Assembly: GCA_963662615.2 (NCBI GenBank)
Contig: CAXXSR010000002.1
Span: 64,001 to 128,000, forward strand
Length of the DNA stretch: 64,000 nucleotides
Origin: Dehalococcoidia bacterium
GTDB taxonomy: Bacteria > Chloroflexota > Dehalococcoidia > Bin125
Reading direction: 5' to 3'
Shown: one piece after another, positions 23,864-34,173 of the stretch
Position numbering within the stretch: the first letter of the stretch is position 1
Layout of the letters: each line of letters starts with the position of its first letter
Notes under the pieces: generated by a model
Database searches by the model: none
The model's input: the letters and a program-made list of their open reading frames with translations, nothing else
What the model was told of the DNA's origin: nothing
Position numbers and translations under genes: made by a program

Positions 23864-25717
23864 ATGGCGGAGACGCCCGCGCTGGAGCCGCGGGAGTCCA
23901 CGCAGGTGCGCGACCGAGTCACAGTTCGCTTCGCCGGCGACTCCGGCGACGGAATGCAACTCGCCGGCAACCGCTTTACCGACGCCACCGCCGTCTTCGG
24001 CAACGATTTCAGCACCCTGCCCAACTTCCCCGCGGAGATCCGCGCACCCGCCGGCTCACTGGCCGGTGTCAGCTCATTCCAGGTCAGCTTCTCGCGGCTC
24101 GACATCCACACGCCGGGCGATGCGCCGGACGCGCTGGTGGTGATGAACCCAGCGGCGCTGCGCGTGAACCTGGGCGACCTCCCGCTGGGCGGTCTGCTGA
24201 TCGTGAACGAAGACGCCTTCACCACGGCGAACTTGAAGAAGGCCGGCTACGCGTCGGATCCACTGGAAGACGGCACGCTGAGCGCGTATCGGGTGATCCG
24301 CGTCCCGGTCACATCAGGGGCGAGCGCCGCCGCCGCGGAGGCGGGCGTCACAGCGCAGGAAGCGGAGCGGACGAAGAACTTCTTTGCGCTGGGAGTCGTG
24401 TACTGGCTGTACGACCGCGATATGAAGCCCACCCTGGAGTGGATCAGCACGAAGTTCAGCCGGCGGCCAACGATGGTTGAGGCGAACCAGCGCGCCCTGC
24501 GAGCGGGGTTCCACTTCGGCGAGACGGCCGAGCTGGCTGACGCGCACGTCTCCGTGCCACCGGCACGCCTGCGCCCCGGCGAATACCGGACGATCACGGG
24601 CAGCGAAGCGACGGCGATGGGCTTGGTGGCCGGGGCGCAGCTGTCCGGCCGAGACCTCTTCTACGGCAGCTACCCCATCACCCCGGCCACCGACGTGTTG
24701 CATCAGCTGGCGACGTACCGCCACTTCGGAGTGCGCACGTTCCAAGCGGAGGATGAGATCGCTGCCGTGGGCGCCGTCATTGGTGCGGCCTTCGGGGGCG
24801 CGTTGGCGGTGACCGGCACCAGCGGACCGGGGATCGCGTTGAAGAGCGAGGCGCTGGGGCTGGCGGTGATGACGGAGCTGCCCCTGGTGGTCTTGAACGT
24901 CCAGCGGTCCGGGCCCAGTACGGGGATGCCAACTAAGACCGAACAGGCCGATCTCCTGCAGGCGATGTTCGGCCGCAACAGCGAGAGCCCGATCTGCATC
25001 GTCGCGCCCCGCAGCCCGGGCGACTGCTTCTACATGGTCATTGAAGCGGTGCGTCTGGCCTTCACCTTCATGACGCCCGTGATCTTCCTGTCGGACACGT
25101 ACCTGGCCAATTCGGCGGAGCCGTGGCCGGTACCCGACGTGAATCAGCTGACGCCGATCACCGTGCGGCTCCATGAGGATCCCGAGACGTTCGCGCCGTA
25201 CAAGCGCGATCCCGAAACGTTGGCGCGAATGTTCGCGATTCCCGGCACGCCGCATCTCCAACACCGGATCGGCGGCTTGGAGAAGGCCGATGTCACCGGG
25301 GAGGTGTCGTACGACCCGGACAACCACCAGCACATGGTGGAGCTGCGGGCGCAGCGGATCGAAGGGATCGCGAAGTTCATTCCGAACGTGGATGTGGAAG
25401 GGCCGGAGGAAGGCGATCTACTGGTCCTCTCCTGGGGGAGCACGTATGGCGCCGTCATCACCGGCGCCGACGACGCGCGCGGGCGCGGCGCCAGCGTCGC
25501 CACGGCGCACCTTCGCTACCTCAACCCGTTCCCGGCGAACCTGGGCGACGTGGTCAAGCGCTACCGGACGGTCCTCATCCCCGAGAACAACCTGGGCCAG
25601 CTGCGGATGCTGGTGCGCGCGCAGTATCTCGTGGACGCCGTGGGGCTCAACCAAGTTTCGGGACAGCCCTTCAAGGCGGCGGAGATCACGGAAGCGATCC
25701 TGAAGGCGGGCAGGTAG
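23864..25717 (+). CDS. korA: 2-oxoacid:ferredoxin oxidoreductase subunit alpha
   Basis: FAGDSGDGMQL, YPITPA, QAEDEIAA, TSGPG, QRSGPSTG.PTK.EQ. Confidence 0.93.
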   Translation: MAETPALEPRESTQVRDRVTVRFAGDSGDGMQLAGNRFTDATAVFGNDFSTLPNFPAEIRAPAGSLAGVSSFQVSFSRLDIHTPGDAPDALVVMNPAALRVNLGDLPLGGLLIVNEDAFTTANLKKAGYASDPLEDGTLSAYRVIRVPVTSGASAAAAEAGVTAQEAERTKNFFALGVVYWLYDRDMKPTLEWISTKFSRRPTMVEANQRALRAGFHFGETAELADAHVSVPPARLRPGEYRTITGSEATAMGLVAGAQLSGRDLFYGSYPITPATDVLHQLATYRHFGVRTFQAEDEIAAVGAVIGAAFGGALAVTGTSGPGIALKSEALGLAVMTELPLVVLNVQRSGPSTGMPTKTEQADLLQAMFGRNSESPICIVAPRSPGDCFYMVIEAVRLAFTFMTPVIFLSDTYLANSAEPWPVPDVNQLTPITVRLHEDPETFAPYKRDPETLARMFAIPGTPHLQHRIGGLEKADVTGEVSYDPDNHQHMVELRAQRIEGIAKFIPNVDVEGPEEGDLLVLSWGSTYGAVITGADDARGRGASVATAHLRYLNPFPANLGDVVKRYRTVLIPENNLGQLRMLVRAQYLVDAVGLNQVSGQPFKAAEITEAILKAGR

Positions 25718-25724
25718 GCGCTCC

Positions 25725-26759
25725 ATGGCGGTGAAAGCGAACGACCAACCAGCCGACGCCCGCGCTCTGACGAAGAAGGACTTTTCGTCCGACGCGGACG
25801 TGCGCTGGTGCCCGGGCTGCGGCGACTATTCCGTGCTGGCGCAGGTGCAGCGGATGATGCCGGATCTGGGCGTTGCCCGCGAGAACACGGTGTTCATCTC
25901 GGGCATCGGCTGCTCAAGTCGGTTCCCGTACTACATGAACACGTACGGATTCCATAGCATCCACGGCCGCGCCCCGACGCTGGCGACCGGTCTCAAGTTG
26001 ACGCGGCCGGAGCTGCTGGTGTGGGTGATTACCGGGGACGGCGACGGACTCAGCATTGGCGGCAACCACCTGCTCCACGTGCTGCGGCGGAACGTTGACG
26101 TCAATATCGTGCTGTTCAACAACCGCATCTACGGGCTGACAAAGGGCCAGTATTCGCCTACGTCAGAGATGGGCAAGACGACGAAATCATCGCCGATGGG
26201 CACGATTGAGAACCCCCTCAACCCCATCAGTGTGGCGCTGGCAGCGGAAACCACCTTCGCGGCCCGGTCGTTCGACACCGATCCCGCGCACCTGACCGCC
26301 ATCCTCAAGCGCGCCGCAGCGCACCAGGGAGCGGCCTTCGTTGAGGTGTACCAGAACTGCAACATCTTCAACGACGGCGCCTTTCGCGACTTTACCGACA
26401 AACCCGTCCGCAACCAACGCATGATCTATCTGGAGCACGGCTCGCCCATCCTCTTCGGTGACGACAAGGAGAAAGGGATCGTGCTGAACGGCATCAGGCC
26501 CGAGATCGTGGAAGTGACGGACGAGAACCGAGACCGCGTGCTCGTGCACGACGAACAGTTGCCCGACCCGACCGTCGCGCACCTGCTGGCGCACTTCAGT
26601 TACCCCGAGATGCCCGTCCCGGTGGGCGTCTTTCGCGATGTGCAACGGCCCACCTACGGCGACCTGCTGTCAGCGCAGATCGCGACGGCGAAGGAGCAAC
26701 GAGGCGAGGGCGATCTCGCCGCGCTGCTCAAGGGCGACAGCACCTGGCTGGTGGAATAG
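25725..26759 (+). CDS. korB: 2-oxoacid:ferredoxin oxidoreductase subunit beta
   Basis: WCPGCGD, GIGCSSR, GDGD TPP motif, NNRIYGLTKGQ.SPT. Confidence 0.93.
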   Translation: MAVKANDQPADARALTKKDFSSDADVRWCPGCGDYSVLAQVQRMMPDLGVARENTVFISGIGCSSRFPYYMNTYGFHSIHGRAPTLATGLKLTRPELLVWVITGDGDGLSIGGNHLLHVLRRNVDVNIVLFNNRIYGLTKGQYSPTSEMGKTTKSSPMGTIENPLNPISVALAAETTFAARSFDTDPAHLTAILKRAAAHQGAAFVEVYQNCNIFNDGAFRDFTDKPVRNQRMIYLEHGSPILFGDDKEKGIVLNGIRPEIVEVTDENRDRVLVHDEQLPDPTVAHLLAHFSYPEMPVPVGVFRDVQRPTYGDLLSAQIATAKEQRGEGDLAALLKGDSTWLVE

Positions 26760-26992
26760 CAGCAGCGTCCCCCGTCCTGGCCTCAGCCCCGCATCGCTGA
26801 GCGCGGCGAGATCGACTCGCACAACCTATGCACGCACTACGCCAAGCAGGTGCAGGGCCTGTTCCGGCGCTTGCGCGCCCGCGCGACCGCGCCGAACTAT
26901 GCTCAGCGGCCGGCCGATCCTCCCTTCCGGCGTGGTGCGACCCGCCGGGTGTTGCGACCGCTAGAGCCGCCCCTCCTTCTGCTCCCCTTTCG

Positions 26993-27022
26993 TTGACACC
27001 TTCTCCCGCCGCCCCCTACCTT
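26993..27022 (+). promoter_or_regulatory. Putative sigma70 promoter, probably giving a leaderless transcript
   Basis: TTGACA-N18-TACCTT, 6 nt before GTG 27029. Confidence 0.5.
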
Positions 27023-27028
27023 CAATCC

Positions 27029-27394
27029 GTGGGCCTGCAACGGACCTGGACGCTGCATAATACGCTGGCGGGAGCGCTGGAGCAGGTCATCGAGCAGCTG
27101 GAGGCACAGCTGAGCGAGGCCTCGGTCGGGGAGCTGGTGGAGTTCGTCGATGGCTTCCTGCCGGGCCGGACGGCGTCCCCGGAGTGGACGGCGTCGCTGG
27201 AGCGGCTGGCGGAGGTCATGTGGTCCGCCCTCCCGACCGAGACCATGGAGGCCGTGGGCGCCATCTACGCATCACGCGAGGGGCCCATGTGGCAGCCGCT
27301 CGTGAACAAATTCTCAGCCGAGCACGGGCAGCGGCTCTTGGGACAGCGGTGGCGGCCGGCGGGCGCGCGCCGGGCGGCGGTGGTGTTGCGCTAG
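27029..27394 (+). CDS. Hypothetical protein
   Basis: Host-like codon usage from GTG 27029; promoter-like motif immediately upstream. Confidence 0.6.
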   Translation: MGLQRTWTLHNTLAGALEQVIEQLEAQLSEASVGELVEFVDGFLPGRTASPEWTASLERLAEVMWSALPTETMEAVGAIYASREGPMWQPLVNKFSAEHGQRLLGQRWRPAGARRAAVVLR

Positions 27395-27446
27395 GACCTG
27401 CGCGACGACGTTCCTCCCTGAGGGCAGGGGATGCGATGAGGCAGAC

Positions 27447-29030
27447 GTGACGGAACAGCGCGGGTATCAAGCCCTCCGAGAGGCCATCGTCTCAGCCGAC
27501 TATCGGAGCGCAACGGCGACGTTCGTGGAGCTGCTGCGGGATGAGGAGCCGCTGAAGAAGCTGGTGACGGCCTCGGTGGATACGACGGCTCCCTACATCC
27601 AGGCGCCGGCGCACATCATGTCGCGGCCCGACGGCGGCGTGCAAACCGTGAACTACGACCACACCGTGCTGGGATGGCGGGCCTCCATGCAGCTGGCGCA
27701 CCGTCTTGGCGAACGCGGCGGCCTGCTCCCGATCACCCAGGCGATCTGGTACGTGCCGCAAGGATTGAACCCCTGGGATCAAGTCTTGTGCCGCTTCCCC
27801 GGGCACTACGCGCGCGACAAGTTCAAGTGCGACAGCCGCGAGGAAGAGCGCGCCCAAGGGCACAACTTTGACGGTCCCGCTTGGGAGACGCCGCAGGTCC
27901 GCTTTGAGGACTGCGATCCCATTCGCGGCGGCTCCAGCAGCGCCCGCTTGCACGACATGGCCGCCGCCATCCGGCAGGGCGACCGCGCCGACGGATACGG
28001 CCTCTTTCTGGGGCTCGCCGACGACCCGGAGCAGCGCACGGCGCTGAAAGAGGCCATGCTCTTCGCCGGGATCATTGACCTGCAGGAGAGCATAATTGAC
28101 CGTAGGGAATACCAGAACATCGGGCACAAGGCGCTGCGGGCCCGGGCCATGGTGGACCTGGCGGACGACCTGGGCTGGGAGAACGCCCACGGCCTCTTCT
28201 ACACGGTGGTGCCGGATATGGGCACCACGCCGCGCCTGCACGCGCTCTGGACTCAGGCGTCAAGCGTGGTGGAGACGCAGTTCCGGCAGAACTGGCAGAC
28301 GCTGAAGCAAGACAACCGGGCGCCGCTGACGCCTCGGGAGGTGGAGGAGACCGTCGACGTCGTCCTCTGGGGCCTGCCGAGCGACGTGGTGGCGCACATC
28401 TCGCAACGGCTGCGAGAGGGCAAGGCGCTGCTGGCCATCGGCGATGCCATCGTCGTGGCATTTTGCCGCTTCATCATCGACCAGCTCGAAAATCGCGCTG
28501 CCTATTTCATCCCCGGCCACGCGCTCGACTACTGCAACGTGGTGCATCACTGGATCCGAACGTACGATAATCCGCACCAGGCCAAGGCGCTCTACATGGA
28601 GGCTGTGTTCGTCAATGACATGGTCCGGGCGGACAGGCTCTTCCCCCGCGACCCCGAGAACGAATTGCGACCGGACGAGCATGCGGCTTGGGCCGAGGCT
28701 CTGCCGCTGCGTGACCTGCTCCCGACGATTGACGCGGCCATCACGGACCTGGACGCCGATCGCGCCATCGCGCTGGTGGATGCATACCTGGCGAGGACGG
28801 AGGAGCGGCAGCGCCTCCTGGCCACGATCGCGTTCTCGGTGTGCAAGTTCCAGAATGACCCGCACATCCAGCGCAATTGCATCTCCACGATGGAGGAGTT
28901 CACGGAGAACCGCAGCGGGCAGCGCGATACGATCATCCGCGCGGCCACGAAGTACGCGTCGCACGCAACCAAGCGATCCCTCGACTTCGGCGCGTACGAC
29001 ATTTTCCGGACGAGCTTCGCCGCCGGCTAG
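27447..29030 (+). CDS. Hypothetical helical protein (527 aa) with several His-containing motifs
   Basis: Long ORF with host-like codon usage; motifs YDHT.LG, PGHY, IGHKALRAR, PGHALDY, DPH.QR; family not recognised. Confidence 0.75.
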   Translation: MTEQRGYQALREAIVSADYRSATATFVELLRDEEPLKKLVTASVDTTAPYIQAPAHIMSRPDGGVQTVNYDHTVLGWRASMQLAHRLGERGGLLPITQAIWYVPQGLNPWDQVLCRFPGHYARDKFKCDSREEERAQGHNFDGPAWETPQVRFEDCDPIRGGSSSARLHDMAAAIRQGDRADGYGLFLGLADDPEQRTALKEAMLFAGIIDLQESIIDRREYQNIGHKALRARAMVDLADDLGWENAHGLFYTVVPDMGTTPRLHALWTQASSVVETQFRQNWQTLKQDNRAPLTPREVEETVDVVLWGLPSDVVAHISQRLREGKALLAIGDAIVVAFCRFIIDQLENRAAYFIPGHALDYCNVVHHWIRTYDNPHQAKALYMEAVFVNDMVRADRLFPRDPENELRPDEHAAWAEALPLRDLLPTIDAAITDLDADRAIALVDAYLARTEERQRLLATIAFSVCKFQNDPHIQRNCISTMEEFTENRSGQRDTIIRAATKYASHATKRSLDFGAYDIFRTSFAAG

Positions 29031-29203
29031 GCGTTGAGCGTCGCCCTCTAAACGTTCGTCCCAAGCGGAGCCTGCCGTGCCTGTTTCGAACCCTTGAGCG
29101 CAAGGGACCGCGGCGCTGTCCCGATCAACGGGCGTGGCCGGCGCTCCGCCCCTCACATCCGCGCGTGATCACTCCGCGTTCACGCCATACGCTGTGAGCG
29201 GAG

Positions 29204-30430
29204 GTGCAAGCGATGAGTGACGCGCCGCGCGTGCGCGACTGGATCGCCTCGGGTGCGTTGCTGCCGCCGGTTGGCGAGGCGCCGGCGGCGGTGGATCTGG
29301 CGCGTGCGCTGGCCCGGCTCAGCGGCGCCCCTGACGTAGAGCCGGGACCGGGGACGGCCGCGCTGGCCGAAGCGATCGGGCCGGCGGATCAGCTCATCTT
29401 CGTCCTCATTGACGGGCTCGGGTGCAACCTCCTTGGCGACCTGCCGGCCAACTCCTTCCTGCGCCGGCGGACCGTCCTGGAATTGCGGGCCGTCTTTCCG
29501 TCCACCACGGCCACTGCCCTGACCTCGCTGGCCACGGCGGCGTGGCCGGCGCGACACGCGATCCCTGGGTGGTTCACGTACCTCCCCGAACAGGACATCA
29601 TGGCGACGATCCTGCCCTTCGTGGAGCGCTTCGGCGAGAAACCGCTTGAGGAGTACGGCGTGACCGCCGTGTCCGCCTTCCCCTGCCCGTCGGCCCTGGC
29701 GGCGTACGGGCGCGCCGTACGGACGTATCACCCCCGCGCGATCACCGACAGTCAGTACACGCGCTACCAGCGCGGCGCTTCCCCCGGCGACGGCTACGAC
29801 GCCCTCAGCGACGGCGTGGATGCGGTCTGCCGGCGCGTCCGCGAGGCGCAGGCGCCAACGTTTCACTACCTTTACATTCCCGACGTGGACGGGGCGGCCC
29901 ACCGGCACGGATGGGACGCGCCGGAGGCGCACGCCGCCCTCGCCAACGTGGACGCCCAACTCGCCCGGCTGGCGGAGGCCACCCGACCCGCCGGCACGAA
30001 CGGAAGCGGCGTGCGCATGGTCATGAGCGCGGATCACGGCATGCTCACGGTGCCCGAGGAAGCGAAGCACGTCATGCGCGCCGACGACCCGATCATGGCG
30101 GCGCTGCGGTTTCCGCCGTCGGGGGAGCCGCGGGCACCGCTCTTCCACGTGCGTCCTGGACAAGCGGAGCCGTTCAGGGCGCAGTTCCGCGAGCGCTGGG
30201 GCGAATGGTTCGCGCTGCTCACGGTCAGGGAAGCGGAAGAGCTGGCGCTGTTTGGGCCGGAACCGCTGTCCGCACCGGCGCGGGCGCGGATCGGCGATTT
30301 CGTGGGCATCGCTGCGGGGCCGGACGTGCTCCTCTATGAGGCCAACGGGCCGGCCGGCATCAGCACGCTGCGGGGCTACCACGGTGGGCTGACACCGGCG
30401 GAGATGCGGATCCCGCTCATCATCGCCTAG
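29204..30430 (+). CDS. Alkaline phosphatase superfamily / nucleotide pyrophosphatase-phosphodiesterase
   Basis: LIDGLG, FPSTTATALTS, D.AAH, SADHG, GYHGG. Confidence 0.88.
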   Translation: MQAMSDAPRVRDWIASGALLPPVGEAPAAVDLARALARLSGAPDVEPGPGTAALAEAIGPADQLIFVLIDGLGCNLLGDLPANSFLRRRTVLELRAVFPSTTATALTSLATAAWPARHAIPGWFTYLPEQDIMATILPFVERFGEKPLEEYGVTAVSAFPCPSALAAYGRAVRTYHPRAITDSQYTRYQRGASPGDGYDALSDGVDAVCRRVREAQAPTFHYLYIPDVDGAAHRHGWDAPEAHAALANVDAQLARLAEATRPAGTNGSGVRMVMSADHGMLTVPEEAKHVMRADDPIMAALRFPPSGEPRAPLFHVRPGQAEPFRAQFRERWGEWFALLTVREAEELALFGPEPLSAPARARIGDFVGIAAGPDVLLYEANGPAGISTLRGYHGGLTPAEMRIPLIIA

Positions 30431-30478
30431 CGTCCGCGGCGTCCCGGGACACGGACGCAGGCGCCGTCGTGCGCCGCT

Positions 30479-32050
30479 TCAGTCCGCGGCTCCGCCGTCT
30501 TCGTACAGCCGCCCGTTGGGGGAGTGGTTGACGATCGCGAACCAGAAGGCGTTGTGGCCGTTGAGGCGGGCCAGCGTCTGGCCGTCATCCGCGACCAGCG
30601 CCGTCTCCGTCAGTTGCCAGGTGCGGCCATCGGCGCTGGTGAGGAGCCCGGCGGCGAGATCGGCAACCTCGAAGGCGAGGCCGGCGCTCTCGTAGCCGCG
30701 ACCGCCGCCGCCGTCGGCCGTCGCTACGACGACGATCGGCTGACCGCCGATCTCGTCGTGGATAAGGCTGCGCTCGCGCAGGAGCCGCACCGGATACGCC
30801 GTCAGCTCCTCCTCCACGCGGACCACGACGACGACCTCCTTGGCGGGGAGGCGGCTGTCCCCCGTAGGCACCGGGAACATGAGGCGGGGCGACGCGTTGT
30901 AATCCCGGTAGGCGACGCCGGGACCGTAGTCGCGCTCGAAGCCGGTGTTGATATCCAGGACGGTGGTGTCGGGATGGGCCGCCAGCCACTGCTCCCAGGT
31001 GGTGTTCACGCTGGGGAGAGGTGCCACGCGGATGCCGCTGCCGACCAACTCGCCCCACACGGGCTCACCCACGAACTGATCCCACAGCGTGTTGGTGACG
31101 CGGTCATACATGAGTTTGTTGGAGCGGTAGAGGAGGCCGCTGGTGCCGAAACGGTAGACCGCGCCGTCCACACGACCGTCGTAGAGGATGGGGCTCCCGC
31201 AGAGCGTGCAGTAGACCAGCGAGACCGGGACGCCGCCCACGGTGTCGTTCACCAACTCGTGCCAGGCGATGATGCGCACCGGGTAGGCGCGGGCGTCGCC
31301 GTTGATCTCGACGCCGACGATCTGGTCGCTGGGATTGATCCAGCCGGCCGCCTCGTCCGGGGTGAGGAAGACGGGCGACTCAAGCGGGGGAATGCCGTCC
31401 ACGCCGACGCCGCCCCAAACAACCTCCCGTCCCGCGATTGTGCGGGGCTGCGCGGGGTCCAGGAACTGCGCGAAGGTGGGATGGATCGTCCCAAAGAGGC
31501 GTTGCTTGAAGCGGAGGTAGGCGGGCTCCTCCTCTTCCGGCGTCGTGGCCGGGAACAGCTCTAGGAACGCTCGGATGGAAAACGCCAGCGGGTCGTTGAA
31601 GCGTTCCCGCAGGTACAGGACGACCGCAGTGGCGTAGGGGCTGCCCGACAGGTTGAGATCGACGATGTAGGGGTCCGCCGTGGCCAGGTCGGAGGCGAAC
31701 AGTTCGTTCAGCAGCGAGCGCAGCTCGGGCGGCACGGGGCCGGGATCCACGCCGAGCCGCTGCTCCCAATCGATCATCGCGTCCCAGTAGATGAGCCGGT
31801 CCCAGTCGCCGTCGCTGGGGTCGGACGGAGCCGTCACCTCCGCGGCCGCGCCGGTGCCGGTAGGAGCAGGCTCTTCAGCGGCAGAGGCCGCCGGCTCCGC
31901 ATCCGCTAGTTGTGCCGACGCGTCCTGAGCCGTCGCGACGGCGGGGTTGGCGCTGTCTGGAGAGCCGGGGCCGGCGTCGGCAGGGTCATCGGCGCCGCCG
32001 CCACATGCCAGCAGGAACAAGGCCGGCGCCAGCAAGAGCAGACGTTTCAC
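30479..32050 (-). CDS. DUF3179-domain lipoprotein
   Basis: Lipobox LLAC; DGIPPL, RAYP..I..WHE.VND, YCTLC, FGTSGLLY.SN.LMYD..T..LW.Q. Confidence 0.85.
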   Translation of the reverse strand: MKRLLLLAPALFLLACGGGADDPADAGPGSPDSANPAVATAQDASAQLADAEPAASAAEEPAPTGTGAAAEVTAPSDPSDGDWDRLIYWDAMIDWEQRLGVDPGPVPPELRSLLNELFASDLATADPYIVDLNLSGSPYATAVVLYLRERFNDPLAFSIRAFLELFPATTPEEEEPAYLRFKQRLFGTIHPTFAQFLDPAQPRTIAGREVVWGGVGVDGIPPLESPVFLTPDEAAGWINPSDQIVGVEINGDARAYPVRIIAWHELVNDTVGGVPVSLVYCTLCGSPILYDGRVDGAVYRFGTSGLLYRSNKLMYDRVTNTLWDQFVGEPVWGELVGSGIRVAPLPSVNTTWEQWLAAHPDTTVLDINTGFERDYGPGVAYRDYNASPRLMFPVPTGDSRLPAKEVVVVVRVEEELTAYPVRLLRERSLIHDEIGGQPIVVVATADGGGGRGYESAGLAFEVADLAAGLLTSADGRTWQLTETALVADDGQTLARLNGHNAFWFAIVNHSPNGRLYEDGGAAD

Positions 32051-32340
32051 GAAGCCATCCTTGCACGCGCATTTCATCGCCCGCACGTGTCTTGGTTACG
32101 GTTGGCCGTCCGCGCCGGATTCGCGCCGGGCCGAGAGCCGACGGCGCCGTCCCCCCGAAAACGGGACGTGACCGGCCTCGCTTGCCGCCTGGCCCTCGCA
32201 CCATGACGTCGGCCCGACCATTATGTCATTCGTGACGCCCTGCCAAGAGCCGGGCGGGTAGGCGCAAACCAGGGGATGCCCTGTTCACCTGCCATCGGTC
32301 ATAATGCCCAGGCCCTCGAGAACAGAGATGGAGGAGAGAG

Positions 32341-32757
32341 ATGGCGTCCACGGTCAGCAAGCTATCGATCAGCGCGGAGGCGGCGCGGCAAGCGATCGCC
32401 GGAGCGGAAGCGAAGGCGGGGGAGCTGGGCATCGCTGTGGCGACCGCGGTGCTGGACGAATCCGGAGTGCTGAAAGCGTTCAGCCGCATGGATGGGGCTC
32501 CGGTCATCAGCGTGGAGATCGCGAAGACGAAGGCGTTCACCTCTACGTTGGGCATGGCATCCGATCAGCTCTTCGAGTACATCAAGGACGACCCATCGAT
32601 GATGGCAGGCGTCCCCACCCTGCCGGGACTCACGGTCGTCGGCGGCGGCGTGCCGGTGTTGGAGGGGGCGACTCCCGTAGGCGCCATTGGCGTCAGCGGC
32701 GGAACCTGGCAGCAGGACAAGGAGTGCGCGGAGGCGGGCGTGGCCGCCACCGGCTAG
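32341..32757 (+). CDS. GlcG/HbpS-family heme-binding protein
   Basis: AVLDESG.L..F.RMDGA, A..KA.T, GGGVP, GAIGVSGG..QD. Confidence 0.9.
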   Translation: MASTVSKLSISAEAARQAIAGAEAKAGELGIAVATAVLDESGVLKAFSRMDGAPVISVEIAKTKAFTSTLGMASDQLFEYIKDDPSMMAGVPTLPGLTVVGGGVPVLEGATPVGAIGVSGGTWQQDKECAEAGVAATG

Positions 32758-32773
32758 GCGCGTTGGAGAGAGG

Positions 32774-34126
32774 CTAGCCGCCGGCGACGGTTGACGACCG
32801 TCCGCCCTCCACGCCTAGCGGCCCTCCGCCCTCAACGCCTGCCGGCGCGGGCGTCCCCTCCACGGCGGCCCTGGCGTATGGCAGCAGCATTTGCATTGGC
32901 GTGAACGGCGTCGCCAGCGAGACCGCGACCCCTCGCAGCAGACCGATCACGCGGCCGATCAGGATCAGGTCATGTGGGATTGCGTTGATCGGGTTGTGGT
33001 CGAGCGCGGTATTCGATTCCCGCACGACGGCGGGATCGCCCAGGACGGGGCGGGCATCGAAGAGGAGGCGGACAAGAGTGAGGAGGCTGGCGGGCTCGTC
33101 GTGGCGGGTGCGGATGCCGAGTTCACGAAAGGCGGCGAGCACCGCGGCCGGGTCGCGCCCATTCGATGCGAGGACCAACCGCGCGAATCCCAAGCGCACC
33201 TGATCCGGTAGCTCCTTGGTTAAGCCGAAGTCCAGCAGCGCAACCTTGCCGTCGCGCCGGACCAGGATGTTTCCCGGATGGGGGTCGGCCTGGAAGAGGC
33301 CGTCGATCATGATCTGCCGCCCGTAGGCCGCGGCCAGCGCGCCGGCGACGGCGACGGGGTCCACGCCCATGCGATCGAGGGCGGCCAGGTCGAGCACTCT
33401 GGCGCCGTCCACGTAGTTGCTGACCAGCACGTGGCGTGTGAGCATGCCGCTGATCACCTCTGGAACGACCAGGCGCGTCTCCCCGGCGAGATTGGCGGCC
33501 ACCCGCCGCTGCATCTCCGCCTCATGCACAAAGTCCAGCTCCCGCGGCATCTCGCGCGCGAGCTCGGCCGCGACGGCGCAGTAGTCGAAGCGCGACTCGC
33601 GCCGGGCGAGCAGGCGGACCACGGTTTCAAGGTTGCGCATGTCCAGCCGGACCAGATCGCCGACTTCGGGGTATTGCACCTTGACTACCACCTGGCGGCC
33701 ATTCGGGAGGCGGGCGCGATGCACTTGCGCCAGTGACGCCGCCGCAAGGGGACGGTCGTCGAAGTGACTGAACAGTTCGTCAATGGGACGTCCCAGCTCC
33801 CGCTCGATGATGGCGCGAATCAAGGCCGCGGATCGCGGGGGCACGCGGTCGTGCAGGGCTCCGAGCCGATGCACGTAGGGCGCCGGGACGATGTCAGCGC
33901 GGGCGCCGATGAACTGTCCCGCTTTGATCATGAGCGCTTGGAGCGAGACGGCCAGGTCGAACAGCCGCTTGGCCGACCTGTCGTGCTGGGCGTCCCACAG
34001 CGTCGCCGCTTGCGCGGCCGTGAGCCCGCGGACGCGGCGCTGCGTCCACTTGTAGCCGAGATAGATGACGGCCGCGTTCCAGGCGACGCGCAGCGATCGT
34101 TGGGAGCGATGCAACGACGCGGACAT
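32774..34126 (-). CDS. ABC1/UbiB-family atypical kinase
   Basis: KAGQF, AAASLAQVH, VKVQYP, ELDF..E, ADPHPGN, LDFG. Confidence 0.92.
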   Translation of the reverse strand: MSASLHRSQRSLRVAWNAAVIYLGYKWTQRRVRGLTAAQAATLWDAQHDRSAKRLFDLAVSLQALMIKAGQFIGARADIVPAPYVHRLGALHDRVPPRSAALIRAIIERELGRPIDELFSHFDDRPLAAASLAQVHRARLPNGRQVVVKVQYPEVGDLVRLDMRNLETVVRLLARRESRFDYCAVAAELAREMPRELDFVHEAEMQRRVAANLAGETRLVVPEVISGMLTRHVLVSNYVDGARVLDLAALDRMGVDPVAVAGALAAAYGRQIMIDGLFQADPHPGNILVRRDGKVALLDFGLTKELPDQVRLGFARLVLASNGRDPAAVLAAFRELGIRTRHDEPASLLTLVRLLFDARPVLGDPAVVRESNTALDHNPINAIPHDLILIGRVIGLLRGVAVSLATPFTPMQMLLPYARAAVEGTPAPAGVEGGGPLGVEGGRSSTVAGG

Positions 34127-34173
34127 GTGCCGAGTCTAGCGGGCCAGCAGAGAGCCGCAGGGGAGCGAGCGAC

